This document shows positions 38,801 through 48,940 of a stretch of 64,000 nt of DNA, piece after piece. The stretch's first letter is position 1; each line of letters starts with the position of its first letter. The position numbers and the translations under genes were made by a program. Below the pieces are notes generated by a model. It saw only the letters and a program-made list of their open reading frames with translations. It searched no databases and was not told the DNA's origin. Location of the stretch: NCBI GenBank assembly GCA_963667015.2, contig CAXXJJ010000004.1, positions 3,200,001 to 3,264,000 of the forward strand. The letters are read 5' to 3'. This DNA comes from Desulfatiglandales bacterium. GTDB lineage: Bacteria > Desulfobacterota > DSM-4660 > Desulfatiglandales > HGW-15.

Positions 38801-40151
38801 ATATCAGGCCTTCCACTTTTTCCTTAAATACCCTGCCCCTGTGACCGTAATCCGTAAACATGTCAAAGCTGGAACATGCCGGTGCCAGCAGTATTACGTC
38901 ACCCTTGACAGCCGCTGAAAACGCCTTTTTAACAGCATCCTCCATATCCTCTGCAAGTTCATACGGTATATCACTGTTAAAGGCATCTCCCAGCATGAAA
39001 CGCGCCTCACCGATAAAGACTCCTTTTTTTACACGGGACCTTGATGTCTCTACCAGCGGTCCATAATCTCCACCCTTGTGAATTCCACCTGCTATTAAAA
39101 TCACCGACCGGTCAAATACCTCCAGTGATTTAACAGCAGCATCTACATTGGTAGCCTTTGAATCATCATAAAAATCAACACCTGCAACCTTCGCTATATG
39201 CTCGATCCTGTGGGGAAGCCCTTTAAAATCGCGGATTACCTCCTGAATTATATCAGGTTCAATCCCTGCACAGACTGCAACAAGGACAGCCCCCATCAGG
39301 TTCCCTAAATTGTGAATTCCGGGCAGTAAAAAACCGCCAATATCAAAGGACCGTTCCGCCTTTCCCGGGATAACTGCAACAAGCCTGTTCCCCTCAATAT
39401 AAGCGTTGCGTCCTTCTCTTTTATCAATACCATAACGCAGTACAGTCACTCTGCCTTCCGGATTAAAATCATGGAGCAGAGGATCATCATCATTTAAAAC
39501 AGTAAACTGACCTTCCCGCTGGTTTTTCGTAATGCTGTACTTTGACCTCGCGTAAGCATCAAAACCTTCATACCTGTCAAGGTGGTCAGGCGTTATATTC
39601 AGTATCAGGGATACGAGAGGACTGAATTTTTCAGAGGTATCCAGTTGAAAACTGCTTACCTCAACAAGAACATAGTCGGCATTCCTATCGCCCGATACAT
39701 AGTCCATAAGCGGCGTCCCCAGATTTCCGCCGGCAAAAAGTTTTTTCCCTGATCTTTTAATTATCTCCTCTATTAGAGTAACGGTTGTTGTCTTGCCGTT
39801 TGTTCCTGTTACAGCCAGTATGGGAGTGTCAAACAACCTTGATGCTATCTCAAGTTCCCCTGAGATATTGACTCCGGCTTCTCTGGCCGCCACCAGTGGT
39901 TTAATATCAAGGGGCACCCCCGGGCTTAATATAATAAGGTCCGAGTTTTGAAAGGTTTCAATCCTGTGCCCGCCTATTTCAAGTTTTACCCCTGAATCTC
40001 TGACCTGCTTCAGGATTTCCTTATCAAGTTCGGTTTCCGGTTTAACATCACCTATCGTAACCTCTGCACCACGCCCCATAAGACACCTGGCAGTAGAAAG
40101 GCCAGATTTACCAAAACCGACTACCAGTATCTTCTTATTATTGAATTCCAT
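38793..40151 (-). CDS. murD: UDP-MurNAc-L-Ala--D-glutamate ligase
   Basis: GTNGKTT, EVSSFQL, PDHLDRY, DDSKATN, PACSSFDMF. Confidence 0.97.
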   Translation of the reverse strand: MEFNNKKILVVGFGKSGLSTARCLMGRGAEVTIGDVKPETELDKEILKQVRDSGVKLEIGGHRIETFQNSDLIILSPGVPLDIKPLVAAREAGVNISGELEIASRLFDTPILAVTGTNGKTTTVTLIEEIIKRSGKKLFAGGNLGTPLMDYVSGDRNADYVLVEVSSFQLDTSEKFSPLVSLILNITPDHLDRYEGFDAYARSKYSITKNQREGQFTVLNDDDPLLHDFNPEGRVTVLRYGIDKREGRNAYIEGNRLVAVIPGKAERSFDIGGFLLPGIHNLGNLMGAVLVAVCAGIEPDIIQEVIRDFKGLPHRIEHIAKVAGVDFYDDSKATNVDAAVKSLEVFDRSVILIAGGIHKGGDYGPLVETSRSRVKKGVFIGEARFMLGDAFNSDIPYELAEDMEDAVKKAFSAAVKGDVILLAPACSSFDMFTDYGHRGRVFKEKVEGLIYD

Positions 40152-40312
40152 AGGGTCTTATCTTTTCTCAAAAAATACCTGTGAAAATATTTCTCATAGG
40201 TAATCCCGATCTTCCGCGAAAAATCCACGCTAATACCGAAATCTATCAGCCTGCAATACACATGCAGGGGATTCATCACATGCTTTACCCATTGGCTGTA
40301 TGTACCAGGCAT
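40121..40312 (-). CDS. Small hypothetical protein between mraY and murD (NPLHVYCRL motif)
   Basis: AGGGGG RBS 5 nt before ATG, 11 nt after the mraY stop; fills the gap and overlaps the murD start. Confidence 0.6.
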   Translation of the reverse strand: MPGTYSQWVKHVMNPLHVYCRLIDFGISVDFSRKIGITYEKYFHRYFLRKDKTLWNSIIRRYW

Positions 40313-40323
40313 CTTTTCCCCCT

Positions 40324-41403
40324 TTAACGAAGCTTCAGTGTACTCATGGATAAAAGTGTCAGGATAATAGCTATTATCCAGAATCGTACTGTAACCTTTG
40401 ACTCAGGCCATCCCTTGAGTTCAAAATGATGATGAATCGGTGCCATTCTGAAAATTCGGTGGCCGCCTGTAATCTTAAAATAGGTCACCTGAAAAATTAC
40501 CGACAGAGCCTCAAAAACAAAAAGTCCTCCAACTATAAGAAGCGTAATCTCCTGCTTGGTGATAATGGCTACGGTCCCCAGGATTGCTCCGAGGGGAAGT
40601 GACCCGACATCACCCATGAATACCTCAGCCGGATAGGAGTTAAACCATAAAAAACCAAGGCCGGCGCCAACCACTGCTCCACAAAGAACAGCAAGTTCTC
40701 CGCTCCCCGACACATATGGAATAAGCAGATAGGAAGCGAAATTAATATTTCCCGAAAGATATGAAAAAACAATATAACTCAAAAAGGCTATTACAATCGG
40801 TCCGATTGCAAGACCGTCAAGGCCGTCAGTAAGATTTACGGCATTTGAAAAGCCCACAATAATAAGTACGGCAAATGGTATGAACCAGATACCCATATCT
40901 GGGGAAATATTTTTAAAAAATGGGACATTGAGATGGGTATCAAATTCCGGATAAAAATAGAGCGCCAGACCGATAGGCAGCGCCACAAGAATCTGGAGAA
41001 GCAGTTTTCCCCTTACAGTAAGTCCATCACTGCTTTTTTTTGATACCTTCAGAAAATCATCTCTAAAACCTATCAACCCGAAAAATATCGCCGCATACAG
41101 GACAATCCACAGATAAACATTGCTTAACTCACCCCACAATATTACAGATGCAGTTATGACGGAGATTATTATGCAGCCCCCCATGGTCGGTGTTCCGGCC
41201 TTTCCCATGTGATTTTTGGGACCGTCATTCCGGATATACTGCTTAAGCTGCATTGCTCCGAGTTTTTTAATAGCCCACTCACCAAAGAGAATGAAAAAGG
41301 CAATGGAGGTGAGTGTAGCCAGTACTGTCCTGAAGGAATGGTATCTGAATACATTCACCCAGGAAAACTCTATGTGAAAAAAATAAATTAATTTATGCAG
41401 CAT
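40324..41403 (-). CDS. mraY: Phospho-N-acetylmuramoyl-pentapeptide transferase
   Basis: GTPTMGG, NAVNLTDGLDGL, FMGDVGS, MAPIHHHFE. Confidence 0.98.
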   Translation of the reverse strand: MLHKLIYFFHIEFSWVNVFRYHSFRTVLATLTSIAFFILFGEWAIKKLGAMQLKQYIRNDGPKNHMGKAGTPTMGGCIIISVITASVILWGELSNVYLWIVLYAAIFFGLIGFRDDFLKVSKKSSDGLTVRGKLLLQILVALPIGLALYFYPEFDTHLNVPFFKNISPDMGIWFIPFAVLIIVGFSNAVNLTDGLDGLAIGPIVIAFLSYIVFSYLSGNINFASYLLIPYVSGSGELAVLCGAVVGAGLGFLWFNSYPAEVFMGDVGSLPLGAILGTVAIITKQEITLLIVGGLFVFEALSVIFQVTYFKITGGHRIFRMAPIHHHFELKGWPESKVTVRFWIIAIILTLLSMSTLKLR

Positions 41404-41492
41404 TTCTTCTTCTTTTCGATTCGGACAACAATGCCCTTATTCCGGCCTCATCATCAACAACCATTATTTTCTTTAATTTTCCCATTATACGG

Positions 41493-42905
41493 TTACTCCT
41501 TCTGCCTTATTTCCCTCAGGCCCTGTGCTACCTTTTCTAGGGCCATCATACGCGACCCCTTAAGGAGAATAAGATCACCATCTTCCATGACATCGTTTAT
41601 TCCCTCAACCATGTCACGCTGAGAATTACTTTCAATAGCCCTTTCGGAAGGAAATCCCGCTTCTATAGCGCCTTTAAGCATCTGTTGTGCATGTGCTCCA
41701 AATGCAAACAAAAACCCTGCGCCTGCCTCTGCGACCATTTTACCGGCTTGAATGTGTGCCCTGACAGTCTCATCTCCCAGCTCCAGCATCTCACCAAGCC
41801 CCACTATGATTCTTCTCTCTCTGCCTGCGGCTTCTTTTGCCACATCAAGTGCTGCCTTAAGTGAAGATGGATTTGAGTTATAGGTATCATCCAGCAATAG
41901 AATATCATCGGGAAGAACATCAGTAATCAGCCTGCCTTTTACTCCATTGAACCTGATAAGGCCTTCAGCTATATTTTCAAATTTCTCATTCAGGCATATT
42001 GCTGCAGAAGCGGCTGCAAGGGAATTGATCAGGTTGTGCATTCCTGCCACCCGAAGTTCAACAGGCATGGATTCATTCCTGTACCTCAGCCGGTATCTCA
42101 TTCCTCCGCTTTTTAAAACCTCTATGCTTTCTGCAGACACATCGTTCCCGGGACTCAGCCCGAAGGTGAAAAAATCCCTGTTAAAAAGAGATGCCTCCTT
42201 CATCAAAACCTTATCATCTCCAAAGAGTATAACCCTGCTTTCGAGCCGGATTTCTTCAATCATTTCTGTCTTGGCCCGGGCAACCCCCTGAATATCATTT
42301 ACACCCTCAAGATGGACAGGTCCGACATTGGTTATTAAACCAACATCCGGGTCGGAAATCCGGGTCAGCCTTCTTATTTCATCAAAATGATTCATACCCA
42401 TCTCGAGCACTGCCCTTTTATGGCCCTTATTGAGACGTAAAAGGGTAAAGGGAAGACCTATCAGGTTATTAAAATTCCCCTCATTCTTCAGGGTTTCATT
42501 ACCCACCTCAAGGATGCAGGCAGTCATTTCCTTTGTGGTTGTTTTGCCCATGCTTCCTGTAAGTGATACCACCTTTGCATTATGCTGATGTCTCCAGGAA
42601 TTTGCAAAATCCCCAAGCGCCTTAAGACAATCCTCTACCTTTACGACAGCAGCATCAATATTTTCCGGGATCTTCTTATCATCATCAACAGCAATACATG
42701 CTGCACCATTCAGGACAGCCGTCTGAATAAAATTATGCCCGTCAAAATTATCACCCTTAAGGGCAATAAACATCTCTCCCTTTTTTATTTCCCTTGTGTC
42801 AGTGCTTATACCTGTAACAAAGGCCCCGGAGTCACCTGAAATAAGGACACCTTTAACAGGATCAATAAATTCCTTAAGCGTTATATTCTTCCAGAGTGAT
42901 GTCAT
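41493..42905 (-). CDS. murF: UDP-MurNAc-tripeptide--D-Ala-D-Ala ligase
   Basis: TGSMGKTTTKE, NFNNLIGLP, EMGMNH, DDTYNSNP, LKGSR. Confidence 0.97.
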   Translation of the reverse strand: MTSLWKNITLKEFIDPVKGVLISGDSGAFVTGISTDTREIKKGEMFIALKGDNFDGHNFIQTAVLNGAACIAVDDDKKIPENIDAAVVKVEDCLKALGDFANSWRHQHNAKVVSLTGSMGKTTTKEMTACILEVGNETLKNEGNFNNLIGLPFTLLRLNKGHKRAVLEMGMNHFDEIRRLTRISDPDVGLITNVGPVHLEGVNDIQGVARAKTEMIEEIRLESRVILFGDDKVLMKEASLFNRDFFTFGLSPGNDVSAESIEVLKSGGMRYRLRYRNESMPVELRVAGMHNLINSLAAASAAICLNEKFENIAEGLIRFNGVKGRLITDVLPDDILLLDDTYNSNPSSLKAALDVAKEAAGRERRIIVGLGEMLELGDETVRAHIQAGKMVAEAGAGFLFAFGAHAQQMLKGAIEAGFPSERAIESNSQRDMVEGINDVMEDGDLILLKGSRMMALEKVAQGLREIRQKE

Positions 42906-44404
42906 AGGGCGTTCACCGCCTTCCGTGCCTCTTCCCTGTCGTCAAAGTGCCTTTTTGTTGTGCCTACTATCTGGTAATCCTCATGCCCCTTTCCGGCGAT
43001 AAGGATCGTATCGTCTTTAGCTGCAAGAGATACTGCCTTTTTGATAGCCGCACTTCGATCAATTTCCATCAAATATGTTCCTTCTTTGATTTCAGGCCAT
43101 TCTGAACGGGTCATACCTGATTCCAGCACACCCTTTTCTATTCCGCTGACTATAAATTCAGGATCCTCGGTCCTGGGGTTATCCGATGTTATTATTACGA
43201 TGTCGCTGTTTTCGCCTGCAATCAGCCCCATGTCGTATCTTTTTCCCCGGTCCCTGTCACCGCCGCATCCGAATACGGTTATAAGTCTTCCCTTTACAAA
43301 GGGGCGCAGATTTTTCTGGGCCTTGAGCAGGGCATCAGGGGTATGTGAATAATCCACAATTATTGAAAGTCCTGCGTCGTTGGGCACCTTTTCCAGCCTG
43401 CCCGGAACATTTTTAAGATTGCTAATTCCTTCTGCAATCCGGTCGAGACTAATACCGGAGACCTGAGCCGCACCTGCCGCTGCAAGGATGTTATAAATAT
43501 TGACCTCGCCCAGCAGTGGGGACTTAATCTCAACTCTGCCTTCAGGAGTAATGAGATTTGCCCTTACACCATTCATATCAGCCTTTACATCCTTTGCAGT
43601 TAGATCCAGGTCACCATTCAGTCCATATGTCAGGACTTCTGCCCTGGTCAGCCGGCAGAGTTCCTCGCCGCGGGGATCATCCATGTTTATGACAGCAAAG
43701 CTCTTTTCGCCCTTTACTGTTTCCGGCAGGCTCCGGAAGAGCCCGCTCTTGGCCTCAAAATAGCTGTCCATTGTCTTGTGATAATCCAGGTGGTCTCTTG
43801 ACAGGTTGGTAAATATGGCAATCCTTACAGGGAGGTCGAGTGTCCTCTTCTGATCAATGGCGTGTGAGGATATCTCCATAACAAAATCCGTTACACCCTC
43901 GTCAGCCATTTCCCGTGCAGTGTACATCAGATCAAGGGATTCAGGTGTGGTAACAGAAGAGGGTTTTTTCCTGTCTGAAAATCTGCTGTTTACAGTACCT
44001 ACTACCCCTGTTTTCTTACCTGCAGCAGACAGGATTGATTCCAGTATATAGGTGATTGTCGTTTTTCCGTTTGTCCCCGTTACTCCGATAACATCCATGT
44101 TTTCAAACGGATAATTATAAAACCGGGCTGCCAGCCTTGATAATGCCCTCCTTGAATTAGATACCTTTATTACTGATATATCAGGGTTAAGACTTATATC
44201 TTCCTCAACCAGAACCGCCTTTGCTCCTTTTTCTACTGCACTCTCAAGGTATTTATGGCCATTGAGCGCATTACCCTTTATCGCTACAAACAGGTCTCCG
44301 TCCTTTATCTTTCGTGAATCATAATTCAGACCTGTAATGTCCTGGTCGGGATTTCCGACCAGTTCACAGGATTCCAAGGCTTTGAGTAATACTGAGAGTT
44401 TCAT
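42902..44404 (-). CDS. murE: UDP-MurNAc-dipeptide--meso-DAP ligase
   Basis: GTNGKTT, TTPES, SRDHLDYH, DYSHTPD, DNPR (mDAP-type), GKGHEDYQ; start 44404 or 44431. Confidence 0.97.
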   Translation of the reverse strand: MKLSVLLKALESCELVGNPDQDITGLNYDSRKIKDGDLFVAIKGNALNGHKYLESAVEKGAKAVLVEEDISLNPDISVIKVSNSRRALSRLAARFYNYPFENMDVIGVTGTNGKTTITYILESILSAAGKKTGVVGTVNSRFSDRKKPSSVTTPESLDLMYTAREMADEGVTDFVMEISSHAIDQKRTLDLPVRIAIFTNLSRDHLDYHKTMDSYFEAKSGLFRSLPETVKGEKSFAVINMDDPRGEELCRLTRAEVLTYGLNGDLDLTAKDVKADMNGVRANLITPEGRVEIKSPLLGEVNIYNILAAAGAAQVSGISLDRIAEGISNLKNVPGRLEKVPNDAGLSIIVDYSHTPDALLKAQKNLRPFVKGRLITVFGCGGDRDRGKRYDMGLIAGENSDIVIITSDNPRTEDPEFIVSGIEKGVLESGMTRSEWPEIKEGTYLMEIDRSAAIKKAVSLAAKDDTILIAGKGHEDYQIVGTTKRHFDDREEARKAVNAL

Positions 44405-44480
44405 TTCCTTTTTAAAATACCCCTGAAACAACCAACTTTGATCTGAATAAAATTCATGTTCACAACATCTTTTAGACTCT

Positions 44481-46442
44481 CTATGCCGGAGGTTTGAAAC
44501 TAACCTTTACCGAGGTTATGCTATCCATTGGCACTCCCGGTTTTGGTTCCTGCTCAAATGCCCTTCCGGTACCCTCAAAAGTAATATCCAGTCCCAGAGA
44601 ACTGATATCCTTGAGAACTTCGCGAATTGTCAATCCCCTGAAATCCGGCAGCCTGTTATCTCCTTCCTGAATGTTCCGGGACGGCCTTATATTTTCAACA
44701 AAAGAAGATCTTTTTATCTCTTTTACAGTATCTGAGCTTGCGAGCCTCACTTCGGGTTGAACCCCGAGATTACCAACTGCCCATTGTCCGACTTCCTTAA
44801 AAACAGGTGCAGCCACAATACCGCCATAATGATTGCCTCTCGGCTCATCAATCATGGCGAGTATGACAAGCTTCGGTCTGTTTGCCGGTACGAATCCGAT
44901 AAAATCGGCCACATGAACATTTCTTAAATACCCGCCTCTTCTGAGATCTGGTTTTTCTGCAGTCCCGGTTTTACCCGCTACACGGTATCCTTCAATTGCC
45001 GCAAGAGGAGCGGTCCCTTTGTCACTTACTACACCCTCAAGTATCCTGGTAACAGTTTTAGCCGTATCAGCAGAGATAATCCGTCGTACCATATGAGGGT
45101 GGAACTCCTTAACAGTCTTCCCTGATCCATCCGTGATTGCCTTGACAATATAAGGTCTCATTAACCTGCCGCCGTTTGCTATTGCAGCCATTGCTGTTGC
45201 CAGCTGTAATGATGTTACCGACATCCCCTGTCCGTAATAGACAGTTGCGCGTTCAACCTCATTGGCTCTTTCCGGAGTCCTGATAACGCCGCTGCGCTCA
45301 CCTATCAGCTCGATTCCAGTTTTTTCGCCAAACCCAAATTTTTTCAGATAATCATAAAATCTTTCATATCCGAGTTCATTGCCTATTTTTACGGCGCCTA
45401 TATTACTTGATAAGACAACGATATCAGAGACAGTAAGTGTCCCATATTTATGGACATCATCATTTATTAATATATCCGCGACTCTGAATTCCCCATCCTC
45501 ACAATAAAACTTTGTATTCGGGGTTACAGCGCTCATATCAATGGCTGCAGCCAGGAGAAAAGCTTTAATAGCTGAACCGGGTTCATACCAGTCTGTAACA
45601 ACCCTGTTGCGCCACTGATCGGGGCTGTATTCCCTGAAGGCATTCGGATTAAATGCTGGGGCCGTTGCCATGGCCAGGATCTCTCCTGTCGCAGGGTCCA
45701 TGATCACGCATTGCCCGCTCTTGCCCTTGTACTTTTTTACATACTTATCCAGGGCCTGCTGAGCCCTGTACTGGATATCCTTATCAATAGTAAGTACGAG
45801 ATTATGAATATCCCTCTTTTCCTCTGAGGGCTTACTTACATAAAAGGGACGACCGTGGGCGTCCTTCATCTGTACAAGTACTTCGGCCTCTCCCCTTAAA
45901 AGGTCGTCATATTTTTTTTCAATCCCTTCAAGCCCCTGATTCTCATCCCCTACAATTCCGAGCAGATGACCTGCGATGTCCTTGCCCGGATAAAATCTTT
46001 TTGTTTCCTTTGTAAAGCCGATGCCTTCGAGACCTATTGACCTTATCTGTTCAATTTTAGCTGTCGGAATTTTCCTCTTTATATAAACAAAACTACGGTC
46101 CTTTTTGAGCAGATGAAAAATGTCCTTAGACGGCATATCAAGATGAAGAGCCAGCTGCTTCGCTGTACCAACCTTGTCTTCGATCTGCCTGGGATCGGCG
46201 TACACTGACCCTACTTCAATACTTACCGCAAGTTCATGATTTTCGCGGTCCAGTATCGAACCTCTTTCAGGAGGGAGGGATACAGCCTTCCTGTACCCTT
46301 CCCTTGCCATGGCCTGCAGCTTGTCTTTTTCAAAAACCTGCAGTTGTACCGCCCTGAAAAATACTGTCGATAGACAAAACAGAAAGAAGACCGCTACAAG
46401 ATAAATACGAACTCTGATCCATTTTTTTTCATTTACCTTCAT
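44481..46442 (-). CDS. ftsI: Class B penicillin-binding protein (PBP3) with C-terminal PASTA domain
   Basis: RGSILDR, EPGSAIK (SxxK), SSN, KTGT; PDFRGLT PASTA-like tail. Confidence 0.95.
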   Translation of the reverse strand: MKVNEKKWIRVRIYLVAVFFLFCLSTVFFRAVQLQVFEKDKLQAMAREGYRKAVSLPPERGSILDRENHELAVSIEVGSVYADPRQIEDKVGTAKQLALHLDMPSKDIFHLLKKDRSFVYIKRKIPTAKIEQIRSIGLEGIGFTKETKRFYPGKDIAGHLLGIVGDENQGLEGIEKKYDDLLRGEAEVLVQMKDAHGRPFYVSKPSEEKRDIHNLVLTIDKDIQYRAQQALDKYVKKYKGKSGQCVIMDPATGEILAMATAPAFNPNAFREYSPDQWRNRVVTDWYEPGSAIKAFLLAAAIDMSAVTPNTKFYCEDGEFRVADILINDDVHKYGTLTVSDIVVLSSNIGAVKIGNELGYERFYDYLKKFGFGEKTGIELIGERSGVIRTPERANEVERATVYYGQGMSVTSLQLATAMAAIANGGRLMRPYIVKAITDGSGKTVKEFHPHMVRRIISADTAKTVTRILEGVVSDKGTAPLAAIEGYRVAGKTGTAEKPDLRRGGYLRNVHVADFIGFVPANRPKLVILAMIDEPRGNHYGGIVAAPVFKEVGQWAVGNLGVQPEVRLASSDTVKEIKRSSFVENIRPSRNIQEGDNRLPDFRGLTIREVLKDISSLGLDITFEGTGRAFEQEPKPGVPMDSITSVKVSFKPPA

Positions 46443-46804
46443 GGTAAAAAAATAGTCTGCTCAGGTGAAGGATCTTTCAGACCTAAAGAACGCGCGGCCG
46501 TTTCCAGGTTCTGGGGAGATTTTAAAGCGGCCAGCTCAACTTTTAATTTTTTGTTGTACTCCAGAAGCGCTCTTTCATCCTTTTGCAGGCGACTTAGATC
46601 AAAACCTATTTGCGTGCCTTCATAATTGGACCATACATAGCCGATACCGCTGCTCATAAATAAGACCAGCAGAAATGCTATCAAAATGATTTGCCGACTG
46701 GTGAGATAGAACCTGTTTCTTTTTACTCTGGAGTTGTTTATCTTTATCCCTGTACGGGTATTTCTCTTGTTATCAATCTCTGATGCTTTTGAAGGGCGTA
46801 CCAT
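46439..46804 (-). CDS. ftsL: Cell division protein FtsL
   Basis: Single TM plus coiled coil, ELAALKSP..ARSLGL; between rsmH and ftsI. Confidence 0.85.
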   Translation of the reverse strand: MVRPSKASEIDNKRNTRTGIKINNSRVKRNRFYLTSRQIILIAFLLVLFMSSGIGYVWSNYEGTQIGFDLSRLQKDERALLEYNKKLKVELAALKSPQNLETAARSLGLKDPSPEQTIFLP

Positions 46805-46805
46805 T

Positions 46806-47747
46806 TTAGATCCTTTCTGCACCTCTAAGCCTGGCGCTTCTGGCCCGGGGATTTTCAGCTATTTCTTCCTGTTGCGGCAGAAATCCCCTTTTATTTAGTC
46901 GTTTAAATCCTTGTTTTTTATCGCACATACACACCGGGAGATCGGGCGGACACGTACATGAATTTTCCCAATCTGCCATAGCCCTCTTAACAAGCCTGTC
47001 TTCAAGTGAATGATATGTTAAAAAAATTATTCGACCACCCTTATTCAGCAGATCAGGCGCCTTTTCCAATATGGCATTCAGATTTTCCATCTCGTTATTG
47101 GTCAGGATCCTCAGTGCCTGAAATGCCCTTGTGGCCGGATCTTTTTTCCTGTTTCGCTGTGAAACAGGAAAATGGGAACGAACGATATCTGCAAACCGGC
47201 CGGATGAACTTATAGGAGATTTATCTCTCTCCCTTATAATGGTCCGGGCTATTCGTCTTGCCAGTTTCTCTTCCCCATATTTTTTTAACACTGACTCTAT
47301 TTCAGAGGCGGATAGCTCATTTAGCAGTTCCATTGCCTTTTTCCCGCCCTCATTATCCATTCTCATATCCAGGGGCTCATCCCGGTTAAAGCTGAACCCT
47401 CTGCCGGACCGGTCAAGCTGATATGAAGACATCCCGAGGTCGAGCAAAATCCCGTCAACCTTTTGTACTCCTGCTTTATCAAATGCAGCGTCCATATCAG
47501 CAAAATTTTCCTTTATTATGTTGAACTTTCCCTTGTATCCCCCGGCATCAAGCCTTTTCCGGGTTATTTCAATGGCATCCGGATCCCTGTCCAGACAAAT
47601 CAATCTTCCGTTTTTGCCAAGCTTTTTTAATATCGCTTCACTGTGCCCGCCTGAACCGGTTGTCCCGTCTACATAGGTTCCATCAGGCCTGGTAATGAGA
47701 AATTCCACAACCTCCTTTACCATAACCGGCTTATGGGGATATTCCAT
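46806..47747 (-). CDS. rsmH: 16S rRNA m4C1402 methyltransferase
   Basis: HKPVM, DGTTGSGGHS, DLGMSSYQLD, PLDMRMD, FQALRI, HSLEDR, NPRARSARLR. Confidence 0.98.
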   Translation of the reverse strand: MEYPHKPVMVKEVVEFLITRPDGTYVDGTTGSGGHSEAILKKLGKNGRLICLDRDPDAIEITRKRLDAGGYKGKFNIIKENFADMDAAFDKAGVQKVDGILLDLGMSSYQLDRSGRGFSFNRDEPLDMRMDNEGGKKAMELLNELSASEIESVLKKYGEEKLARRIARTIIRERDKSPISSSGRFADIVRSHFPVSQRNRKKDPATRAFQALRILTNNEMENLNAILEKAPDLLNKGGRIIFLTYHSLEDRLVKRAMADWENSCTCPPDLPVCMCDKKQGFKRLNKRGFLPQQEEIAENPRARSARLRGAERI

Positions 47748-47752
47748 CTCTA

Positions 47753-48190
47753 TCAAATACCAAAATCAGCAAGGGCCTGGCTGGTTTCGGGAAATTCATC
47801 CTTTGCGCGGTTAAACTCGTTATCCCAGCGCTCCTTATCCCATATCTCAAAATATTTCAGTTCCCCTACCAGCATAACCTCTTTCTGCAGACCGGCTATC
47901 TCCCGAAGATCAGGAGGTAATGTAATTCTACCCTGCTTAATAGGGCATTCCTGTGCACCACTTATAAAATAGCGGCGCAGGCTATTGACAGACCTGTCCA
48001 TCAAGGGTAAATTTGCGATTTTATCCTCGATGGCGCGCCAGGTTTCCCAGGGGAAAGCCCAGAGGCAGTTTTCATGGTTGGTTACCACAAGACATGGCTG
48101 ATCCTTCAGTTTTGAAGTATCTTTAAACCGTGTCGGTATGGCTAACCGTCCCTTGTCATCAAGGGTATGTTTGGATCGTCCTCTGAACAT
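47753..48190 (-). CDS. mraZ: Transcriptional regulator MraZ
   Basis: MFRG..HTLDDKGRLAIP, QGRITLP, FEIWD. Confidence 0.97.
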   Translation of the reverse strand: MFRGRSKHTLDDKGRLAIPTRFKDTSKLKDQPCLVVTNHENCLWAFPWETWRAIEDKIANLPLMDRSVNSLRRYFISGAQECPIKQGRITLPPDLREIAGLQKEVMLVGELKYFEIWDKERWDNEFNRAKDEFPETSQALADFGI

Positions 48191-48204
48191 AATTAAAAGG
48201 GTAA

Positions 48205-48260
48205 AACCCCACTTTGTGACACATTATGGCACATTTTACCCCTTTGACCCCCATTGTCAA
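48205..48260 (-). promoter_or_regulatory. dcw promoter with 10-bp-periodic MraZ-type boxes
   Basis: TTGACA-16-TAAAAT; units atGGGGgtca, aaGGGGtaaa, atGTGccata, atGTGtcaca, aaGTGGggtt. Confidence 0.7.
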
Positions 48261-48424
48261 GGGAAATTGTTTATTTTTCCCATAAATGCAGTATGTTGTG
48301 AGTTTTTAAATTTTAAAGCACAACAGGTAGAAAATGCTTTTGAATAATTATTTTTATTCAAATTTGACTTTATTTTTTTGAAATTATCCTACTGCCCAAA
48401 AATGAATTTTTCATGTGATTAATA

Positions 48425-48940
48425 ATGGCTTACATAGAGATTTCAGCTGACAGAAGTATAGAAGAAAAGATTTCATGGGCTGACGCCTGTTATAGAAAAT
48501 ATAAAAAAACCTTTCTGGAAGACGTAAAAATCCAAAAACTGCTCAGGGATTTTCAAAAGACCTCATCTGACAGTCTTAAGGAAATGATCGATATAGGCCT
48601 GGTTGAAGAATGCCGGAAATGTGAAGAGGAAGAAGGCGGGGCATGCTGCGGCAGGGGGATTGAGAATAGATACAGCGGTACCCTGCTCCTGATCAACCTT
48701 CTTCTAGGCATAGAATTACCACGAAAGGCCCCTGACCCCAAAAGCTGCTTCTTCCTTGGCACAAAGGGATGCTCACTCAGTGCCAGGCATGTAATATGCG
48801 TAAACTATATCTGCAAAAAAATAACAGACAGCATCCCGGGTCAAGCATTAAACCACCTCAGGGAAAAAGAAGGAACAGAGCTGGATATCCTCTTTATTTT
48901 AAATGAAAAAATAAAATCTGTTCTGAGGAATTTGAAATGA
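48425..48940 (+). CDS. Cysteine-rich hypothetical protein, probable Fe-S or Zn binder
   Basis: CRKC..GACCG..CFFLGTKGC.L.ARHVICVNYIC (8 Cys). Confidence 0.75.
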   Translation: MAYIEISADRSIEEKISWADACYRKYKKTFLEDVKIQKLLRDFQKTSSDSLKEMIDIGLVEECRKCEEEEGGACCGRGIENRYSGTLLLINLLLGIELPRKAPDPKSCFFLGTKGCSLSARHVICVNYICKKITDSIPGQALNHLREKEGTELDILFILNEKIKSVLRNLK

